Assembly: GCA_965219955.1 (NCBI GenBank)
Contig: OZ244799.1
Location: forward strand, 288,001 to 352,000
DNA length: 64,000 nt
Origin: a bacterium
GTDB taxonomy: Bacteria; UBA8248
Reading direction: 5' to 3'
Shown here: positions 49,941-61,348 of the stretch, one piece after another
Layout of the letters: each line of letters begins with the position of its first letter
How positions within the stretch are numbered: position 1 is the first letter of the stretch
Position numbers and translations under genes: made by a program
Notes under the pieces: model-generated
Seen by the model: only the letters and a program-made list of their open reading frames with translations
What the model was told of the DNA's origin: nothing
The model's database searches: none

Positions 49941-52385
49941 ATGTTCAAGCGATTCACCGAGCGCGCCCGTAAAGTCATTATCCTCGCCAGAGAGGAAGCG
50001 GAACACTACCGGCACGAATATCTGGGAACCGAACACATACTGCTGGGCGTGCTGAAGGACGGAGGCGGGATCGCCATCGCCGTCCTGCAGAAACTCGGGG
50101 TCGACCCCAAACAGTTGCGCCTGGAGCTTGAACGCAACTTGCCCAAGAGTTTGAGCGGCCCCGTGGAAGGGGATATTCCGTTTACCCCGAAGGCGAAAAA
50201 AGTACTTGAATACGCCGTCGAAGAGGCCCGGCTGATGGGCCACAACTATATCGGCACCGAACATCTGTTGTTGGGTATCGTCAGAGAGAAAGACGGATTG
50301 GCGGCGAAAATTCTGGCCAGCTTCGGCGTGAAGCTCCAGCAGACGCGGGAGCAGACCATCAATCTCCTCAGGGAACCGGTGGCGGCGCGTTCCCGCGAGA
50401 AGAGCAAGACACCCGCGCTCGATGAATTCGGGCGTGACCTCACGGAGTTTGCGGATGAGGGGAAACTCGATCCCGTCATCGGGCGGGAGCAGGAGATAGA
50501 GCGCGTCATACAGATTCTCGCGAGAAGGACAAAGAACAACCCCGTCCTTATCGGAGAGCCCGGCGTCGGAAAAACGGCGATCGTCGAGGGTTTGGCCCAA
50601 TCGATTATGTCCAAGGAAGTTCCCCAGATTTTGTACAACAAGCGCGTGGTTCAGCTCGATCTGGGCGCTTTGGTGGCGGGAACGAAATACCGCGGACAGT
50701 TCGAGGCGCGCCTGAAAGCCATCATGAAGGAGATCACGCAGAGCCAGGACGTGATTATCTTCATCGATGAGTTGCATACATTGGTGGGCGCGGGCGCGGC
50801 GGAAGGCTCTATCGATGCTTCGAACATGCTGAAGCCCGCACTCAGTCGCGGGGAAGTCCAGTGTATCGGCGCCACCACGCTTGATGAGTATCGAAAGTAC
50901 ATCGAGAAAAACGGCGCTCTGGAGCGTCGTTTCCAGACAGTCATGGTGGATCCGCCGTCCGTGGATGACACGGTCAGCATCCTGAAGGGCCTGAGAGACA
51001 AGTATGAAAAACACCACCGCGCGCAATTGACGGATGACGCGCTTGTCTCCGCAGTTCGCTTGTCGTCCCAATACGTGTCGGATCGCTTCCTGCCGGATAA
51101 GGCGATAGACGTCATTGATGAGGCGTGCAGCAAGGTTCGCCTCGAGAAAGAAACTTTCCCGACCAACATCCGGGACCTTCAGCGCCAGATTGAAGAGACG
51201 GTTCGCACCAAAAAAGACATGATCGAGAAACAGGATTTTGAAAAGGCCGTCGAGTTGCGCGATCAGGAAGAGCAGGACAGGAGCAGACTCGACGAGTTGA
51301 AAACGGAATGGGAAGCGGGTCAGACGGATGAAGAACCGTATGTCACCGACGAGGATGTGGCTTACGTCGTCAGCCGGATGACCGGGATTCCGCTGCAGCG
51401 TATCGGAGAAGTGGAGAACGAACGTCTTCTTCGGATGGAAGAGGAGTTGAACGGCCACATCATCGGGCAGGAAGAAGCCACGCGCGCCCTGACGAAGGCG
51501 GTTCGCCGGGCGCGCGCCGGCCTGAAGGGGCCGAAACGCCCGATCGGCAGCTTCTTGTTCCTGGGTCCCACGGGCGTGGGCAAGACCGAGATGGCCAGAA
51601 TGCTCGCCCAGTTCATGTTCGGCGACCCGAACGCCCTCATTCGCATCGATATGAGCGAGTACATGGAGAGATTCAACGTCTCCCGCCTCACCGGAGCGCC
51701 TCCGGGGTACGTCGGCTATGAGGAGGGGGGGCAGCTCACCGAGCGCGTTCGCAGAAAGCCTTACTCTGTCGTGCTGCTCGACGAGATCGAGAAGGCGCAC
51801 CCCGACGTCTACCACGTCCTGCTGCAAGTGATGGACGATGGCCTCCTCACCGACAGCTATGGCCGCAATATCGACTTCAAGAATACCGTCATCATCATGA
51901 CTTCGAATCTCGCGGCCCGCTCCATCGAGAAAGGGACGTCCCTCGGCTTCCAGAAGGCGGACACGGGCCTCGGCTTCGACAAGATGAAGGACAGCATTCG
52001 TGATGAGTTGAAGCGCACCTTCAATCCTGAGTTTCTGAACCGGATTGACGATGTCATCATCTTCCGGCCATTGACCCATGAAGACATCCTGAAAATCGTG
52101 GATATCGAAATTGCCAAAGTCAACGAGACGCTGAATGAAAAGGATATGACGATTGAGTTGAGCGACGAAGCCAAGGACTGGATTGCCAAACAGGGGTTTG
52201 AGCCGGCTTATGGGGCGAGGCCCCTGCGTCGCGTCATCCAAAGACACATCGAAGATACCCTCAGCGAAGAGGTTCTGCACGGTAAATTCCAGGATGGGGG
52301 AACGATCCTGGCGAAGCTGGCCGGGGATGAATTGGTTTTCGAACTGAAAGAAGACACGGAAGTGCTCAGTGTCCAGGACCTATAG
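49941..52385 (+). CDS. clpC: ATP-dependent Clp protease ATP-binding subunit ClpC
   Basis: Two Clp-N repeats, GEPGVGKT and [11 protein letters not shown]-like middle domain, GYVGY, LGF tripeptide loop. Confidence 0.93.
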   Translation: MFKRFTERARKVIILAREEAEHYRHEYLGTEHILLGVLKDGGGIAIAVLQKLGVDPKQLRLELERNLPKSLSGPVEGDIPFTPKAKKVLEYAVEEARLMGHNYIGTEHLLLGIVREKDGLAAKILASFGVKLQQTREQTINLLREPVAARSREKSKTPALDEFGRDLTEFADEGKLDPVIGREQEIERVIQILARRTKNNPVLIGEPGVGKTAIVEGLAQSIMSKEVPQILYNKRVVQLDLGALVAGTKYRGQFEARLKAIMKEITQSQDVIIFIDELHTLVGAGAAEGSIDASNMLKPALSRGEVQCIGATTLDEYRKYIEKNGALERRFQTVMVDPPSVDDTVSILKGLRDKYEKHHRAQLTDDALVSAVRLSSQYVSDRFLPDKAIDVIDEACSKVRLEKETFPTNIRDLQRQIEETVRTKKDMIEKQDFEKAVELRDQEEQDRSRLDELKTEWEAGQTDEEPYVTDEDVAYVVSRMTGIPLQRIGEVENERLLRMEEELNGHIIGQEEATRALTKAVRRARAGLKGPKRPIGSFLFLGPTGVGKTEMARMLAQFMFGDPNALIRIDMSEYMERFNVSRLTGAPPGYVGYEEGGQLTERVRRKPYSVVLLDEIEKAHPDVYHVLLQVMDDGLLTDSYGRNIDFKNTVIIMTSNLAARSIEKGTSLGFQKADTGLGFDKMKDSIRDELKRTFNPEFLNRIDDVIIFRPLTHEDILKIVDIEIAKVNETLNEKDMTIELSDEAKDWIAKQGFEPAYGARPLRRVIQRHIEDTLSEEVLHGKFQDGGTILAKLAGDELVFELKEDTEVLSVQDL

Positions 52386-52440
52386 TTTCACTGAAAAAAA
52401 ATTGAAACTTATTTCCCCTTTTTTCTCAGGGGGTGGTCTT

Positions 52441-54756
52441 ATGCGTTGTGCGGCGAAGGTGTTGGCCTGCGCCGTTTTGGCCTTCCTGTTTCTTGTTGCC
52501 GTTTCTCATGAGGCGATAGGGCAGTCGGCTTCACCGGCCATCACGGTACGGGCTATTGAAGTCAAGGGGAATCGCCGGGTCGATCGTTCCACGGTTCTTT
52601 TTTACGTTCGGCTGAAAGAGGGACAAGACTACACCAACACGGAATTGGTCAAGCAAATCCGCGCGGATGTCCGGGCCATATACAAGCTGGGATTTTTCCG
52701 GGATGTGAAAACCCAGGTGGAGTCTCTGGAAGGGGGGCTCCGCGTTATTTATCAGCTCAGCGAAAAACCCACGATCAATCAGATTGAGATCATTGGAAAC
52801 AGCAAACTGGACCTCGAGAAAATCCGCGAGGGCATCACAGTCAAAGTTCAAACCATTGTCAGTGAATCCATCCTCAAAGAAACGGTCCGGAACATCCGAA
52901 AACTGTATCAGGAAAGCGGCTATTATTTCGCGCGCATAGAAGCTGTTCTGAAAGAAAGCGGCCAGAACACGGTGGCCGTCACGCTCGTGATAGATGAGGG
53001 TGAAAGCGTAAGCATCGGAGCAATCAATTTTGAAGGCAACGAAAATGTCTCAAGAAGAGATTTGCTCAAAGCCATGGAAACCAGCGAGAAGGGGTTTTTC
53101 TCTTTTCTTACGAGTTCGGGGATTTTTAGCGAAGATGAACTGCAAAAGGATTTGGTGCGGATTCGCTTGCTGTATGAGAGCCGCGGATACGCAAAAGTTC
53201 AGGTCGGGCAGCCCGTTATTCGCGAGGAGCGGGGAAGAGGCCGGATATATATAACGATTCCCGTTAGCGAGGGTTTGCGCTACAGAATCGCGAAAGTGGA
53301 TATACGCGGTGGAGAGGATGTTATCCCGCAGGAAGAGATACGAAAGAAGATGCTTCTTTTCGTTGGCGATGTCTTCAACAAAACCCGCCTGCTCTCTGAT
53401 GTGCGGGCGATAACGAATCAATTTTCGAACCGTGGCTATGCGTTCGTGGATGTCAATAGTTTCACGAAAACAGACGACGAGAAGAAGACGATCGACGTTA
53501 CTGTACGAATCAACAAAGGGCGTAGGGTATACATCGGAAAAGTGGGGGTAAAAGGCAACACCCGCACCCGTGAGAATGTAATCCGTAGAGATGTCCGGGT
53601 TATCGAGGGGTCTCTGTACAGCAAGAGAGGGTTGGATTTAACGCGTCAGCGGCTCGTTCGGAAGAATTATTTCGAAACGGTGAAAGTTGCTGAAAAGCGT
53701 CGCCCTGGCAGCGATGAAATACTCGACATCGAGATTGAGGTGAAGGAGAAGCCGACCGGTTCCATTACGGGTGGCATCGGTGTCAACAGCGACGAGGGCG
53801 TTTACGGGCAGGCTGAATTAAAAGAGTCGAATTTGTTCGGCAAGGGTTTGGTTGCTTCCATATTCACCAGAATTTCCTCCGATCGCTTCGATCTGGTTAC
53901 GGAATACTTTGATCCCAATTTCCGGGATTCAGGATACTCGCTTGGGGGGAGCCTGTTTTTTGTCGATCAGGAATATGAAACTTTTGATAACCAAAGACAG
54001 GGCGGCCGCATAACGGTTGGCAAGGAATTTCAGGAGTTCTTGAGAGCTTTCATCTCTTATGAGATCGCGGAATCCCAAATCAGCAACGTTGATGACACGG
54101 CGATAAACACGATTCTGGAGCAGGAAGGAGAAACTTTTCTCGAAAGCAGCGTCATTCCCAGGCTGGTCTACGATAGCCTGAACAGGCCCATTTTCCCGAC
54201 GGATGGCACGTATTGGAGCATTGGCTCCACCATTTCTACTTCACTGCTGGGTGGAAACGTCGACGTATTCTCCGCTGAAGCGGATTTCAGGCAATACCAC
54301 AACATCGGGGAGCGTTTCCGGATCCGCATTTTACGGGATTTGGTTTTGAATTTGAGGGGTAATGTCCGATACGTCGACTCATTCAAGGGCGAAGTGCCGG
54401 CATTCCGCCGTTTGTACGCCACCAGAAGGCACACCGTTCGAGGGTTCACTTCCAGCGACCTGGGTCCGAAGGATATGCAGGGCGACGCCATAGGTGGATT
54501 TTCCTCCGCTCTCGCCTCTGCCGAGTTGACGCATCCTTTCATCGGCCCGACTCAAGTCGCGGTTTTCTTCGATATGGGAAATATCTGGGATGAAGACAAC
54601 GCTTTTGATGTGGGCGAATTGCGGTATGGCGCTGGAATCGGTTTGCGCATCGTGACGCCAATCGGCCCCATGCGGCTTGATATCGGATACAAGCTGGACA
54701 GGAAAGAGAACGAGCGCAGAAGAGAAGCGCATTTGGGGATCGGGGCTGCGTTTTAG
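52441..54756 (+). CDS. bamA: Outer membrane protein assembly factor BamA
   Basis: Signal peptide, POTRA repeats (GNRRV, GNTRT), VRGF motif, TPIGPMRLD, terminal F. Confidence 0.94.
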   Translation: MRCAAKVLACAVLAFLFLVAVSHEAIGQSASPAITVRAIEVKGNRRVDRSTVLFYVRLKEGQDYTNTELVKQIRADVRAIYKLGFFRDVKTQVESLEGGLRVIYQLSEKPTINQIEIIGNSKLDLEKIREGITVKVQTIVSESILKETVRNIRKLYQESGYYFARIEAVLKESGQNTVAVTLVIDEGESVSIGAINFEGNENVSRRDLLKAMETSEKGFFSFLTSSGIFSEDELQKDLVRIRLLYESRGYAKVQVGQPVIREERGRGRIYITIPVSEGLRYRIAKVDIRGGEDVIPQEEIRKKMLLFVGDVFNKTRLLSDVRAITNQFSNRGYAFVDVNSFTKTDDEKKTIDVTVRINKGRRVYIGKVGVKGNTRTRENVIRRDVRVIEGSLYSKRGLDLTRQRLVRKNYFETVKVAEKRRPGSDEILDIEIEVKEKPTGSITGGIGVNSDEGVYGQAELKESNLFGKGLVASIFTRISSDRFDLVTEYFDPNFRDSGYSLGGSLFFVDQEYETFDNQRQGGRITVGKEFQEFLRAFISYEIAESQISNVDDTAINTILEQEGETFLESSVIPRLVYDSLNRPIFPTDGTYWSIGSTISTSLLGGNVDVFSAEADFRQYHNIGERFRIRILRDLVLNLRGNVRYVDSFKGEVPAFRRLYATRRHTVRGFTSSDLGPKDMQGDAIGGFSSALASAELTHPFIGPTQVAVFFDMGNIWDEDNAFDVGELRYGAGIGLRIVTPIGPMRLDIGYKLDRKENERRREAHLGIGAAF

Positions 54757-54792
54757 CAGTGTTTGAACCGGTATTTGTCTTAGGGATGGAGG

Positions 54793-55371
54793 ATGTTTGA
54801 CGTGAGGCGGTATGGCCCATTTATTTTGATCCTTTCGGTATTTCTCGCTTTTGCCTGCGCAGGCCATGCGGAATCGGCAAGTGTGAAATACGGCGTCGTC
54901 AATATTCAGCGCGTATTGCAGACTTCAAAAGGCGGGCGCACCGCGAGTTCGTCTTTGGAAAGGGAGAGAAAGAGGCTCCAAAGCACGATACAGAAACGGC
55001 GCGAAGATTTAGCTCAAATTGCGAATAAAGTTCGGGATTTGCAATTGGAGATCGATCAGAAAAGCGCGATTTGGCGGCAAGAGGAAAAAGAACGCAAGGC
55101 GTTCGAGTTGAGATCCCAGAGGAGAGAATTTACGCGTGAACAGGACAATCTGAGACGATTGGTGCGAGAGAGCGAACGAGACCTTCAAGATCGCCGAAGG
55201 ATCGCCACAGAGAAGGTTCTGAAAGAAGTTCGTGTCATTGTTGAGGAGATCGGGAAGAAAGAGGAGTTGGATGTTATTGTGGACAATGCATCCGGCGGCG
55301 TTTTGTTCGTCAACCCGAGAGTGGATCTCACAGAGAGGGTGATCAAGCTATACGACCAGAAGAAGAAATAA
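54793..55371 (+). CDS. skp: OmpH/Skp periplasmic chaperone
   Basis: Signal peptide, [10 protein letters not shown], coiled coil, VDLTERVIK; between bamA and lpxD. Confidence 0.88.
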   Translation: MFDVRRYGPFILILSVFLAFACAGHAESASVKYGVVNIQRVLQTSKGGRTASSSLERERKRLQSTIQKRREDLAQIANKVRDLQLEIDQKSAIWRQEEKERKAFELRSQRREFTREQDNLRRLVRESERDLQDRRRIATEKVLKEVRVIVEEIGKKEELDVIVDNASGGVLFVNPRVDLTERVIKLYDQKKK

Positions 55372-55372
55372 A

Positions 55373-56380
55373 ATGCTTCTCGCAGACATCGCAAATCTGC
55401 TTGGCGGGGAATTGATCGGCGACGGGAACGTAGATCTGCAAGATGTAGCTGCTTATGAAGAGGCCTCACCGACAGATTTGAGTTATGTGGAGTCGGCGAA
55501 AAAGCTGAACACGCATTCTGATGCGGGCGCCCTCATTGTTCCCCGGGGTCTGGGGATTGGCCGCCCGGGTATTTCTGCAGAAAATCCTCGTTTATCTTTT
55601 GCGCGCGCAGTCTTGTTGTTCCGCCCGCCTCGAAAATTCCAGCCGGGAATTGACGCCAGCGCCAGCATCTCCGAGACGGCCCGTGTGGGAGACGGCGTGT
55701 ATGTAGGGCCATTCGCATCCCTTGCCGATGGTGTTGTGGTAGGGGACGGTTCCTGTGTCGGTGCGGGTGTCCATATCGACCATGATGTGAGGATAGGCTC
55801 TGACTGCCACATATACCCGAATTGTGTCGTATACGCTGATGTAGAGATAGGGTCCCGGGTGATCCTCCATGCGGGAGTCGTCGTCGGAGCAGATGGGTTT
55901 GGCTATGTTCCCGATGAGGAGGGACGTTTTTTCAAATACCCGCAAACGGGCAGGGTCGTCATTGAAGATGATGTGGAGGTCGGCGCGAACAGCACGATAG
56001 ACCGCGCTACCTTGAGAGAGACGAGAATAGGACGCGGCACGAAAATCGACAATCTGGTGCAAATTGCGCACAATGTCGTGATTGGGGAGGATTGCGTACT
56101 GGCGAGCCAGGTGGGCATCTCGGGGAGCGTGAAAATCGGGCGGGGCGTCATGATGGGTGGCCGTGTCGGGGTAACGGATCATGTCGAAATCGGTGACGGG
56201 GCGATACTGGGAGCCGATACCGGCGTGCTGAAGAGTCTGGAGGGCGGGAAAATGTACCTGCACACTCCTGCGACGGAAATTCGTGATGCGCGCAGGCGAA
56301 TCGCGGTTTTGAGGAATTTGCCGAGGCTGTCGGAGAGAGTAAATGAACTCGAAAAAAGGATTGGTAAACTAGAATCATGA
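55373..56380 (+). CDS. lpxD: UDP-3-O-acylglucosamine N-acyltransferase
   Basis: [32 protein letters not shown]. Confidence 0.95.
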   Translation: MLLADIANLLGGELIGDGNVDLQDVAAYEEASPTDLSYVESAKKLNTHSDAGALIVPRGLGIGRPGISAENPRLSFARAVLLFRPPRKFQPGIDASASISETARVGDGVYVGPFASLADGVVVGDGSCVGAGVHIDHDVRIGSDCHIYPNCVVYADVEIGSRVILHAGVVVGADGFGYVPDEEGRFFKYPQTGRVVIEDDVEVGANSTIDRATLRETRIGRGTKIDNLVQIAHNVVIGEDCVLASQVGISGSVKIGRGVMMGGRVGVTDHVEIGDGAILGADTGVLKSLEGGKMYLHTPATEIRDARRRIAVLRNLPRLSERVNELEKRIGKLES

Positions 56381-56817
56381 TGGATAGCCGGCGAATACAG
56401 GAGTTGATCCCGCATAGAGATCCGTTTCTTTTCGTCGATCAGGTGACAGCAATCGACCCGGAAGAAATTTCTATTGTAGCCCAGAAGAGCATCACCAGGG
56501 ACGAACCATGTTTGGAGGGCCATTTCCCGGGCAACCCCATCATGCCGGGTGTATTGATCATCGAAGCGTTGGCGCAAACCGGTTTGATTTGCCTGTTCGA
56601 TTTGAAATTGATTGATCCGGACGGTGACTTTTTCTTCACGGGTATCGAGCAGGTAAAATTCAGGCGTCCGGTTGTCCCGGGCGATTTGTTGCGGCTGCAA
56701 GCAAAGCTCCTGAAAAACAAACGGGCTATATGGAAATTTGAGGGACGGGCGTTTGTAGGGGAGCAAATCGCCGCCGAAGGCCTTTTCACCGCCTATGCTA
56801 CTCCCCGCTCTCGATAG
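56377..56817 (+). CDS. fabZ: 3-hydroxyacyl-ACP dehydratase
   Basis: [40 protein letters not shown]. Confidence 0.96.
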   Translation: MMDSRRIQELIPHRDPFLFVDQVTAIDPEEISIVAQKSITRDEPCLEGHFPGNPIMPGVLIIEALAQTGLICLFDLKLIDPDGDFFFTGIEQVKFRRPVVPGDLLRLQAKLLKNKRAIWKFEGRAFVGEQIAAEGLFTAYATPRSR

Positions 56818-56820
56818 ACA

Positions 56821-57603
56821 TTGAACGCTATAGCCCCCACTTCTCATATCGACCCGGAAGCACAACTCGGGCATGGTTTGAAAATCGGTCCGGGCGCTTT
56901 TGTGGGCGCAGACGTGATTCTTCGGGATGGATGTGAAATCGGGCCGAACGCGACCATTCAGGGGCCTGCCGTTATAGGTGAGGGATGCCGGATTTTTCCG
57001 AACGCCGTTATCGGCCTGGAAGCGCAAATTGTCGATTTGTCGCAGGATTCAGGCGGGGTCGAAATCGGGGCGGGTACGGTTATCCGTGAAACGGCGACAA
57101 TCCACCGTTCCATGTATCAGGGCCAAAACACGGTAATAGGCAAAAAATGCTACATCATGGTCGGTGCGCATGTGGGGCACGATTGCCGTGTGGGCGATGA
57201 GACGGTCCTGGTGAATCATTGCTCTTTGGGAGGGCATGTGGAAGTCGGGGAAAAATGTTTCATATCCAATTTCATCGGCGTGCATCAGCGGATGAAGGTC
57301 GGCGAGGGTTCGATTCTGGTAGGTCCCATTGCGGTGAGGAAAGACGTGCCTCCGTTCGTCAAAATGGCGGGCACCCCTTTCCGTATCGTTGGACTGAATG
57401 TGGTCGGTTTGCGCAGAAGAGGCGTTTCGGCCGAGGTGAGAGCGGACATCAAGAGGGCGTATAAAATTCTTTTTAACGAATCGGGTACGATAGCGCAGAA
57501 AATAGAAATCATAGAAGCGCAGGCGCCGTTAGGAGCGGAAATTCAATCCGTGGTAGAATTCGTGCGCAATTCAAAGAACGGCATCTATCAAGGTCGCGTA
57601 TAA
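56821..57603 (+). CDS. lpxA: Acyl-ACP--UDP-N-acetylglucosamine acyltransferase
   Basis: Hexapeptide repeats, IRETATIHR, HVGHDC, GVHQ, DVPPF, GLNVVGLRRRG. Confidence 0.93.
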   Translation: MNAIAPTSHIDPEAQLGHGLKIGPGAFVGADVILRDGCEIGPNATIQGPAVIGEGCRIFPNAVIGLEAQIVDLSQDSGGVEIGAGTVIRETATIHRSMYQGQNTVIGKKCYIMVGAHVGHDCRVGDETVLVNHCSLGGHVEVGEKCFISNFIGVHQRMKVGEGSILVGPIAVRKDVPPFVKMAGTPFRIVGLNVVGLRRRGVSAEVRADIKRAYKILFNESGTIAQKIEIIEAQAPLGAEIQSVVEFVRNSKNGIYQGRV

Positions 57604-57632
57604 GGGCAGGTTTTTTAAGAGGTTAAAAGCCC

Positions 57633-58604
57633 ATGCTGGATTCTCTGCGAGTTGGCGTCGTTGGTGTTGGCCATATGGGCAGCTATCACGTGGCTGCGCT
57701 TTCCGAGCTTTTGGAAGTGAATTTGGTGGCTGTTTGTGACTTGGTTCCCAGTCGCGCCCGGGAGCTGGCTGATAGATATGGAGCGGAGGCGTTTTCCGAT
57801 CCCGTCGATCTGATCGGTCGCGTGGATGCGGTTACTGTCGCTGTCCCTACCTTGCAGCATTTCGAGGTGTCCCGGATATTCCTTGAAAATCGCATTCATG
57901 TATTGGTGGAGAAGCCCGTTTGCACGACGATGGAAGATGCCCGGAAACTGTTCGACATGGCGACCAGGAACAATTTGGTTCTTCATATCGGACATGTGGA
58001 ACGCTTCAACGGAGCCGTTCAGGAGCTGGGCAACATTGTAGATGCTCCCGCCCTGATTGAATGCCGCAGGTTAGGGCCCTTCTCGCCGAGAGTCAGGGAA
58101 GACGGAGTCGTGCTCGACTTGATGATTCACGATCTCGACATCGTTTTAAGACTGGTGGACGAGGAGATCGATTTGCTCTCGGCAACCGGCGCGAGTGTTT
58201 TCTCTGATCGGGACGACGTGGCGAATGTGCAGATTTGCTTTGCCAATGGATGTCTGGCGAACCTGACCGCAAGCCGGATGACGCAGAACAAGATCAGGAC
58301 ACTTTCCGTATCTCAACCGGACGCGTTTATTACGCTCGATTATGCGGACCAGGAACTCAGGATTCACCGTCAGGCGAAGAGTGAACACCAGTTGACCCGC
58401 GAGGAACTCAAATACCGCGAACAATTTCAGGTTGAAAGGGTATTTGTTCATAAAGGCAATCCGCTCAAGCTGGAATTGCGGCATTTCCTGCAATCGGTGC
58501 AGCTCCTGGATGTTGTTTCTGATCCGGAAAAAGAATTGCGGTCTCTGGAGGTTGCCCTTCGTGTCGTAGAGATGCTGAAAAGCACGATGCCCTCGACTCA
58601 CTAA
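57633..58604 (+). CDS. Gfo/Idh/MocA oxidoreductase, GnnA-like
   Basis: GVGHMG, EKP, GHVERFN, LDLMIHDLD; sits between lpxA and lpxB like GnnA. Confidence 0.85.
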   Translation: MLDSLRVGVVGVGHMGSYHVAALSELLEVNLVAVCDLVPSRARELADRYGAEAFSDPVDLIGRVDAVTVAVPTLQHFEVSRIFLENRIHVLVEKPVCTTMEDARKLFDMATRNNLVLHIGHVERFNGAVQELGNIVDAPALIECRRLGPFSPRVREDGVVLDLMIHDLDIVLRLVDEEIDLLSATGASVFSDRDDVANVQICFANGCLANLTASRMTQNKIRTLSVSQPDAFITLDYADQELRIHRQAKSEHQLTREELKYREQFQVERVFVHKGNPLKLELRHFLQSVQLLDVVSDPEKELRSLEVALRVVEMLKSTMPSTH

Positions 58605-58612
58605 CACTTCCC

Positions 58613-59443
58613 ATGTCGGATTCCCCGGAGAGAATTGGCCTCGTCGCAGGTTCGGGCGGTTTGTCTTCCGAGTTTGTTTCCTGCGCGAAAAAACAGGGCA
58701 AGCGCGTGTCCGTTGTGGCTTTGTCCGCTGAAATCGAGGAAACATTATCACGCGAGGCGGATTCCGTAATCCACATCCCTCCCACCCAGCCGAACAAAAT
58801 CATCCGGTTTTTCAGCGATGAGGGCGTTGAAGAAATAGGGCTTGTCGGAAAGGTGGAGAAAAGCATTTTATTTCAATCCCTGCGCTTCGATCTGACCGTT
58901 TTGCGCTTCATGAAAAACGCCAGGAACACGGCCGATGCAACGGTCATGGATGCCGTTATCGAGTTTGTGGAAGAAAACGGAATGAAGGTCGTGCCCCAAA
59001 CGGAGTATCTCGAGCATCTCATTGCCCCGCGCGGGAGCATCACGAAAAAGAAGTTGCGCCAAAATCAACGGAAAGACGCCGAATATGCGTTTCAGATGGC
59101 CCGGAGCGTCGCCGCGCTGGATATCGGCCAGACCGTGGTGGTCCACAAGGGGACGGTGGTTGCCGTGGAAGGTATCGAAGGTACGAACGAGGCGATCCGA
59201 AGGGGATGCGCTCTCGCCGGGAAAGGGGCTGTTGTCTGTAAGGTCGCCCGTCCGGAACAGGATATGCGCTACGACGTGCCTACAGTGGGACCCGAGACCT
59301 TGCAGGTGATGCGCGAAGGCGGCGCTTCGGGGTTGATCCTGGAGGCGGAGCGGACATTTCTCATCGATCGCGAGCGCTTGATACGGGAAGCCGACGCAAC
59401 GGGCATCATCGTTGTCGGCTGGTCGGAAAATGAACAGGGATGA
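58613..59443 (+). CDS. lpxI: UDP-2,3-diacylglucosamine diphosphatase LpxI
   Basis: IGLVAGSG, LDIGQTVV, AVEGIEGT, QDMRYDVPTVG. Confidence 0.92.
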   Translation: MSDSPERIGLVAGSGGLSSEFVSCAKKQGKRVSVVALSAEIEETLSREADSVIHIPPTQPNKIIRFFSDEGVEEIGLVGKVEKSILFQSLRFDLTVLRFMKNARNTADATVMDAVIEFVEENGMKVVPQTEYLEHLIAPRGSITKKKLRQNQRKDAEYAFQMARSVAALDIGQTVVVHKGTVVAVEGIEGTNEAIRRGCALAGKGAVVCKVARPEQDMRYDVPTVGPETLQVMREGGASGLILEAERTFLIDRERLIREADATGIIVVGWSENEQG

Positions 59444-60608
59444 ACGTTCGACAAACGACGTCATCGTTGTCGCCGGAGAGCCATCGGGAGATGTTCACGC
59501 CGCGAATCTGGTGAAAGCGCTTGCCGCCAGGATACCCGACCTCCAGCTGTCCGGCATGGGTGGGCAATTGATGGCCGAGGCGGGTGTGGAACTATTTCAG
59601 GACATCGGCGATATATCTATCGTTGGTTTCGCCGGCATTCCCCGGATTTATCCCAAGCTGCGAAGAATCAAGAAAAATCTGCTGAGCAGGATCTCGAATC
59701 AAAACCCGAAAGCGGTCATTTTTGTGGATTATCCGGGATTCAACCTTTCTTGCGCGCGTTCCATGCGCAAACTGCCGCAAACGCCAAAATGCATATATTT
59801 CATCACGCCGCAGGTATGGGCCTGGTGGAAAGGCCGCGCCCGCGCCATTGCGAATGATTTTGACCTGGCCTTGAACATATTTCCGTTCGAACCTCGTATT
59901 TTTAACGAGTTGGGCGGGAAAGCCGCCTTCATTGGCAACCCCATCGCCCATGAACTTCGGGATGCGCCTTCGAAAGAAACGGCCAGGCGCGCATTGGGCA
60001 TACCGATGAGCGACAAGGTGGTTTCGCTTCTCCCGGGCAGTCGCCTCAAGGAGATCGACTCTCACGTGGATGCCATGGTAGATGCGATAAAGATAATTCA
60101 TGCGGAAACGCCGGGATTGCGCTTTTTGATTTCAGAGGCGATTTCGTTGCCTGAAGGGTACGTTTCGAACCGCTTGAAACCATCCGGGCTGGAAATACGG
60201 CCTGTCAGGGGTGATTCAAAAAAAGTGATTCGCGCAGCCGACGCCGTAGCCGTGGCGAGCGGCACGGCTTCTCTCGAGACGGCTCTTTTGGGTGTGCCGA
60301 TGGTCGTTCTGTATGCCGCGGATATTCTTTCGTTTACGCTGGCCAAATATTTTTTGCTTCAAGTGGATTTCATCAGCCTTGTGAATTTGTTGTCCGGCCA
60401 TGAGGCGGTTCCCGAGTTGTGGCAGAAACAGGTGTGCGCGCAGCCTGTTGCAAACGCCTTGAGTGAAGTGCTTTTCGATGATGAGGTGAGAGCCAGGCAG
60501 GTCAGTGTTTTCGAGAGGATTCGAAACGCCCTGGAAGGGATGAACCCCTATACATGCGCCGCGGCGCATATCGCGGCGGAACTCGGTTTTGAAGCGCAGG
60601 ACGCGTAG
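59430..60608 (+). CDS. lpxB: Lipid-A-disaccharide synthase
   Basis: AGEPSGD, VDYPGFN, PQVWAW, LLPGSR, ASGTASLE. Confidence 0.95.
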   Translation: MNRDERSTNDVIVVAGEPSGDVHAANLVKALAARIPDLQLSGMGGQLMAEAGVELFQDIGDISIVGFAGIPRIYPKLRRIKKNLLSRISNQNPKAVIFVDYPGFNLSCARSMRKLPQTPKCIYFITPQVWAWWKGRARAIANDFDLALNIFPFEPRIFNELGGKAAFIGNPIAHELRDAPSKETARRALGIPMSDKVVSLLPGSRLKEIDSHVDAMVDAIKIIHAETPGLRFLISEAISLPEGYVSNRLKPSGLEIRPVRGDSKKVIRAADAVAVASGTASLETALLGVPMVVLYAADILSFTLAKYFLLQVDFISLVNLLSGHEAVPELWQKQVCAQPVANALSEVLFDDEVRARQVSVFERIRNALEGMNPYTCAAAHIAAELGFEAQDA

Positions 60609-60609
60609 C

Positions 60610-61341
60610 ATGAATGAAGATTCCATCGCTTATGATGAATGGGGCCGGAATCCCGACGCGCCGCTTTCTGCGTGGCTGGGCGGGGTGGCCATCGCGGGTT
60701 ATCTGAAAGCGGTCTGCGCCACTTCGTCGACAATTGTGCCGAAAACGGAATCGAACGAGAAAATGAGCCGCAGGCTTGATGAAAAATTCATCTGGGTGCT
60801 CTGGCATCATCATTTGGGGCTGCCCGCCTTTGTTGATCCGATGAACTATCGCCTCACGTGTATGGCGAGTCGAAGCCGGGACGGAGAGCTGCTCGCCCAG
60901 GTGATGGCCCGGTTCAATACCCGATGCGTGAGAGGCTCTTCCTCCGCGTTGGATGGAAGAGACAAAGGCGGGGCCGCCGCGGTTCGGCAGATGGTCAGGG
61001 TGGCGAAACAGGGGGAGCACCAACTCATCGTCACGCCTGACGGCCCGAAGGGTCCTCCGCGGAGGGTCAAGATGGGGGTCATATCTTTGGCGAGTATAAC
61101 GGGGTATCCGATTTGCCCGATCGCTTTTGCGGCGTCGCGTTTCTTCACTATCCCCACCTGGGACAAGACGATTATCCCTTTGCCGTTCGGGAGAATCGCT
61201 GTTTGCTGTGGAGAGCCTCTGGAGGTGCCGCGAACCCGGGACAAGGGGGAGTTGGAGTCAAGGCGCGCAGAAATCGAAAAGCGGCTCATCCATGCGAATG
61301 AGGAGGCGCAGTACTACCTGAAGAACGCGGGGGGGGAATAA
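60610..61341 (+). CDS. DUF374 lipid A acyltransferase (LpxJ-like)
   Basis: LWH, SRSRDGE, VRGSS, TPDGPKGP, TWDK...PLPF. Confidence 0.85.
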   Translation: MNEDSIAYDEWGRNPDAPLSAWLGGVAIAGYLKAVCATSSTIVPKTESNEKMSRRLDEKFIWVLWHHHLGLPAFVDPMNYRLTCMASRSRDGELLAQVMARFNTRCVRGSSSALDGRDKGGAAAVRQMVRVAKQGEHQLIVTPDGPKGPPRRVKMGVISLASITGYPICPIAFAASRFFTIPTWDKTIIPLPFGRIAVCCGEPLEVPRTRDKGELESRRAEIEKRLIHANEEAQYYLKNAGGE

Positions 61342-61348
61342 GCCGCTC

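Noticed and set aside
49818-52280. 820-aa minus-strand ORF
   Set aside because: Antisense shadow of clpC; long shadows are common opposite Clp/Hsp genes
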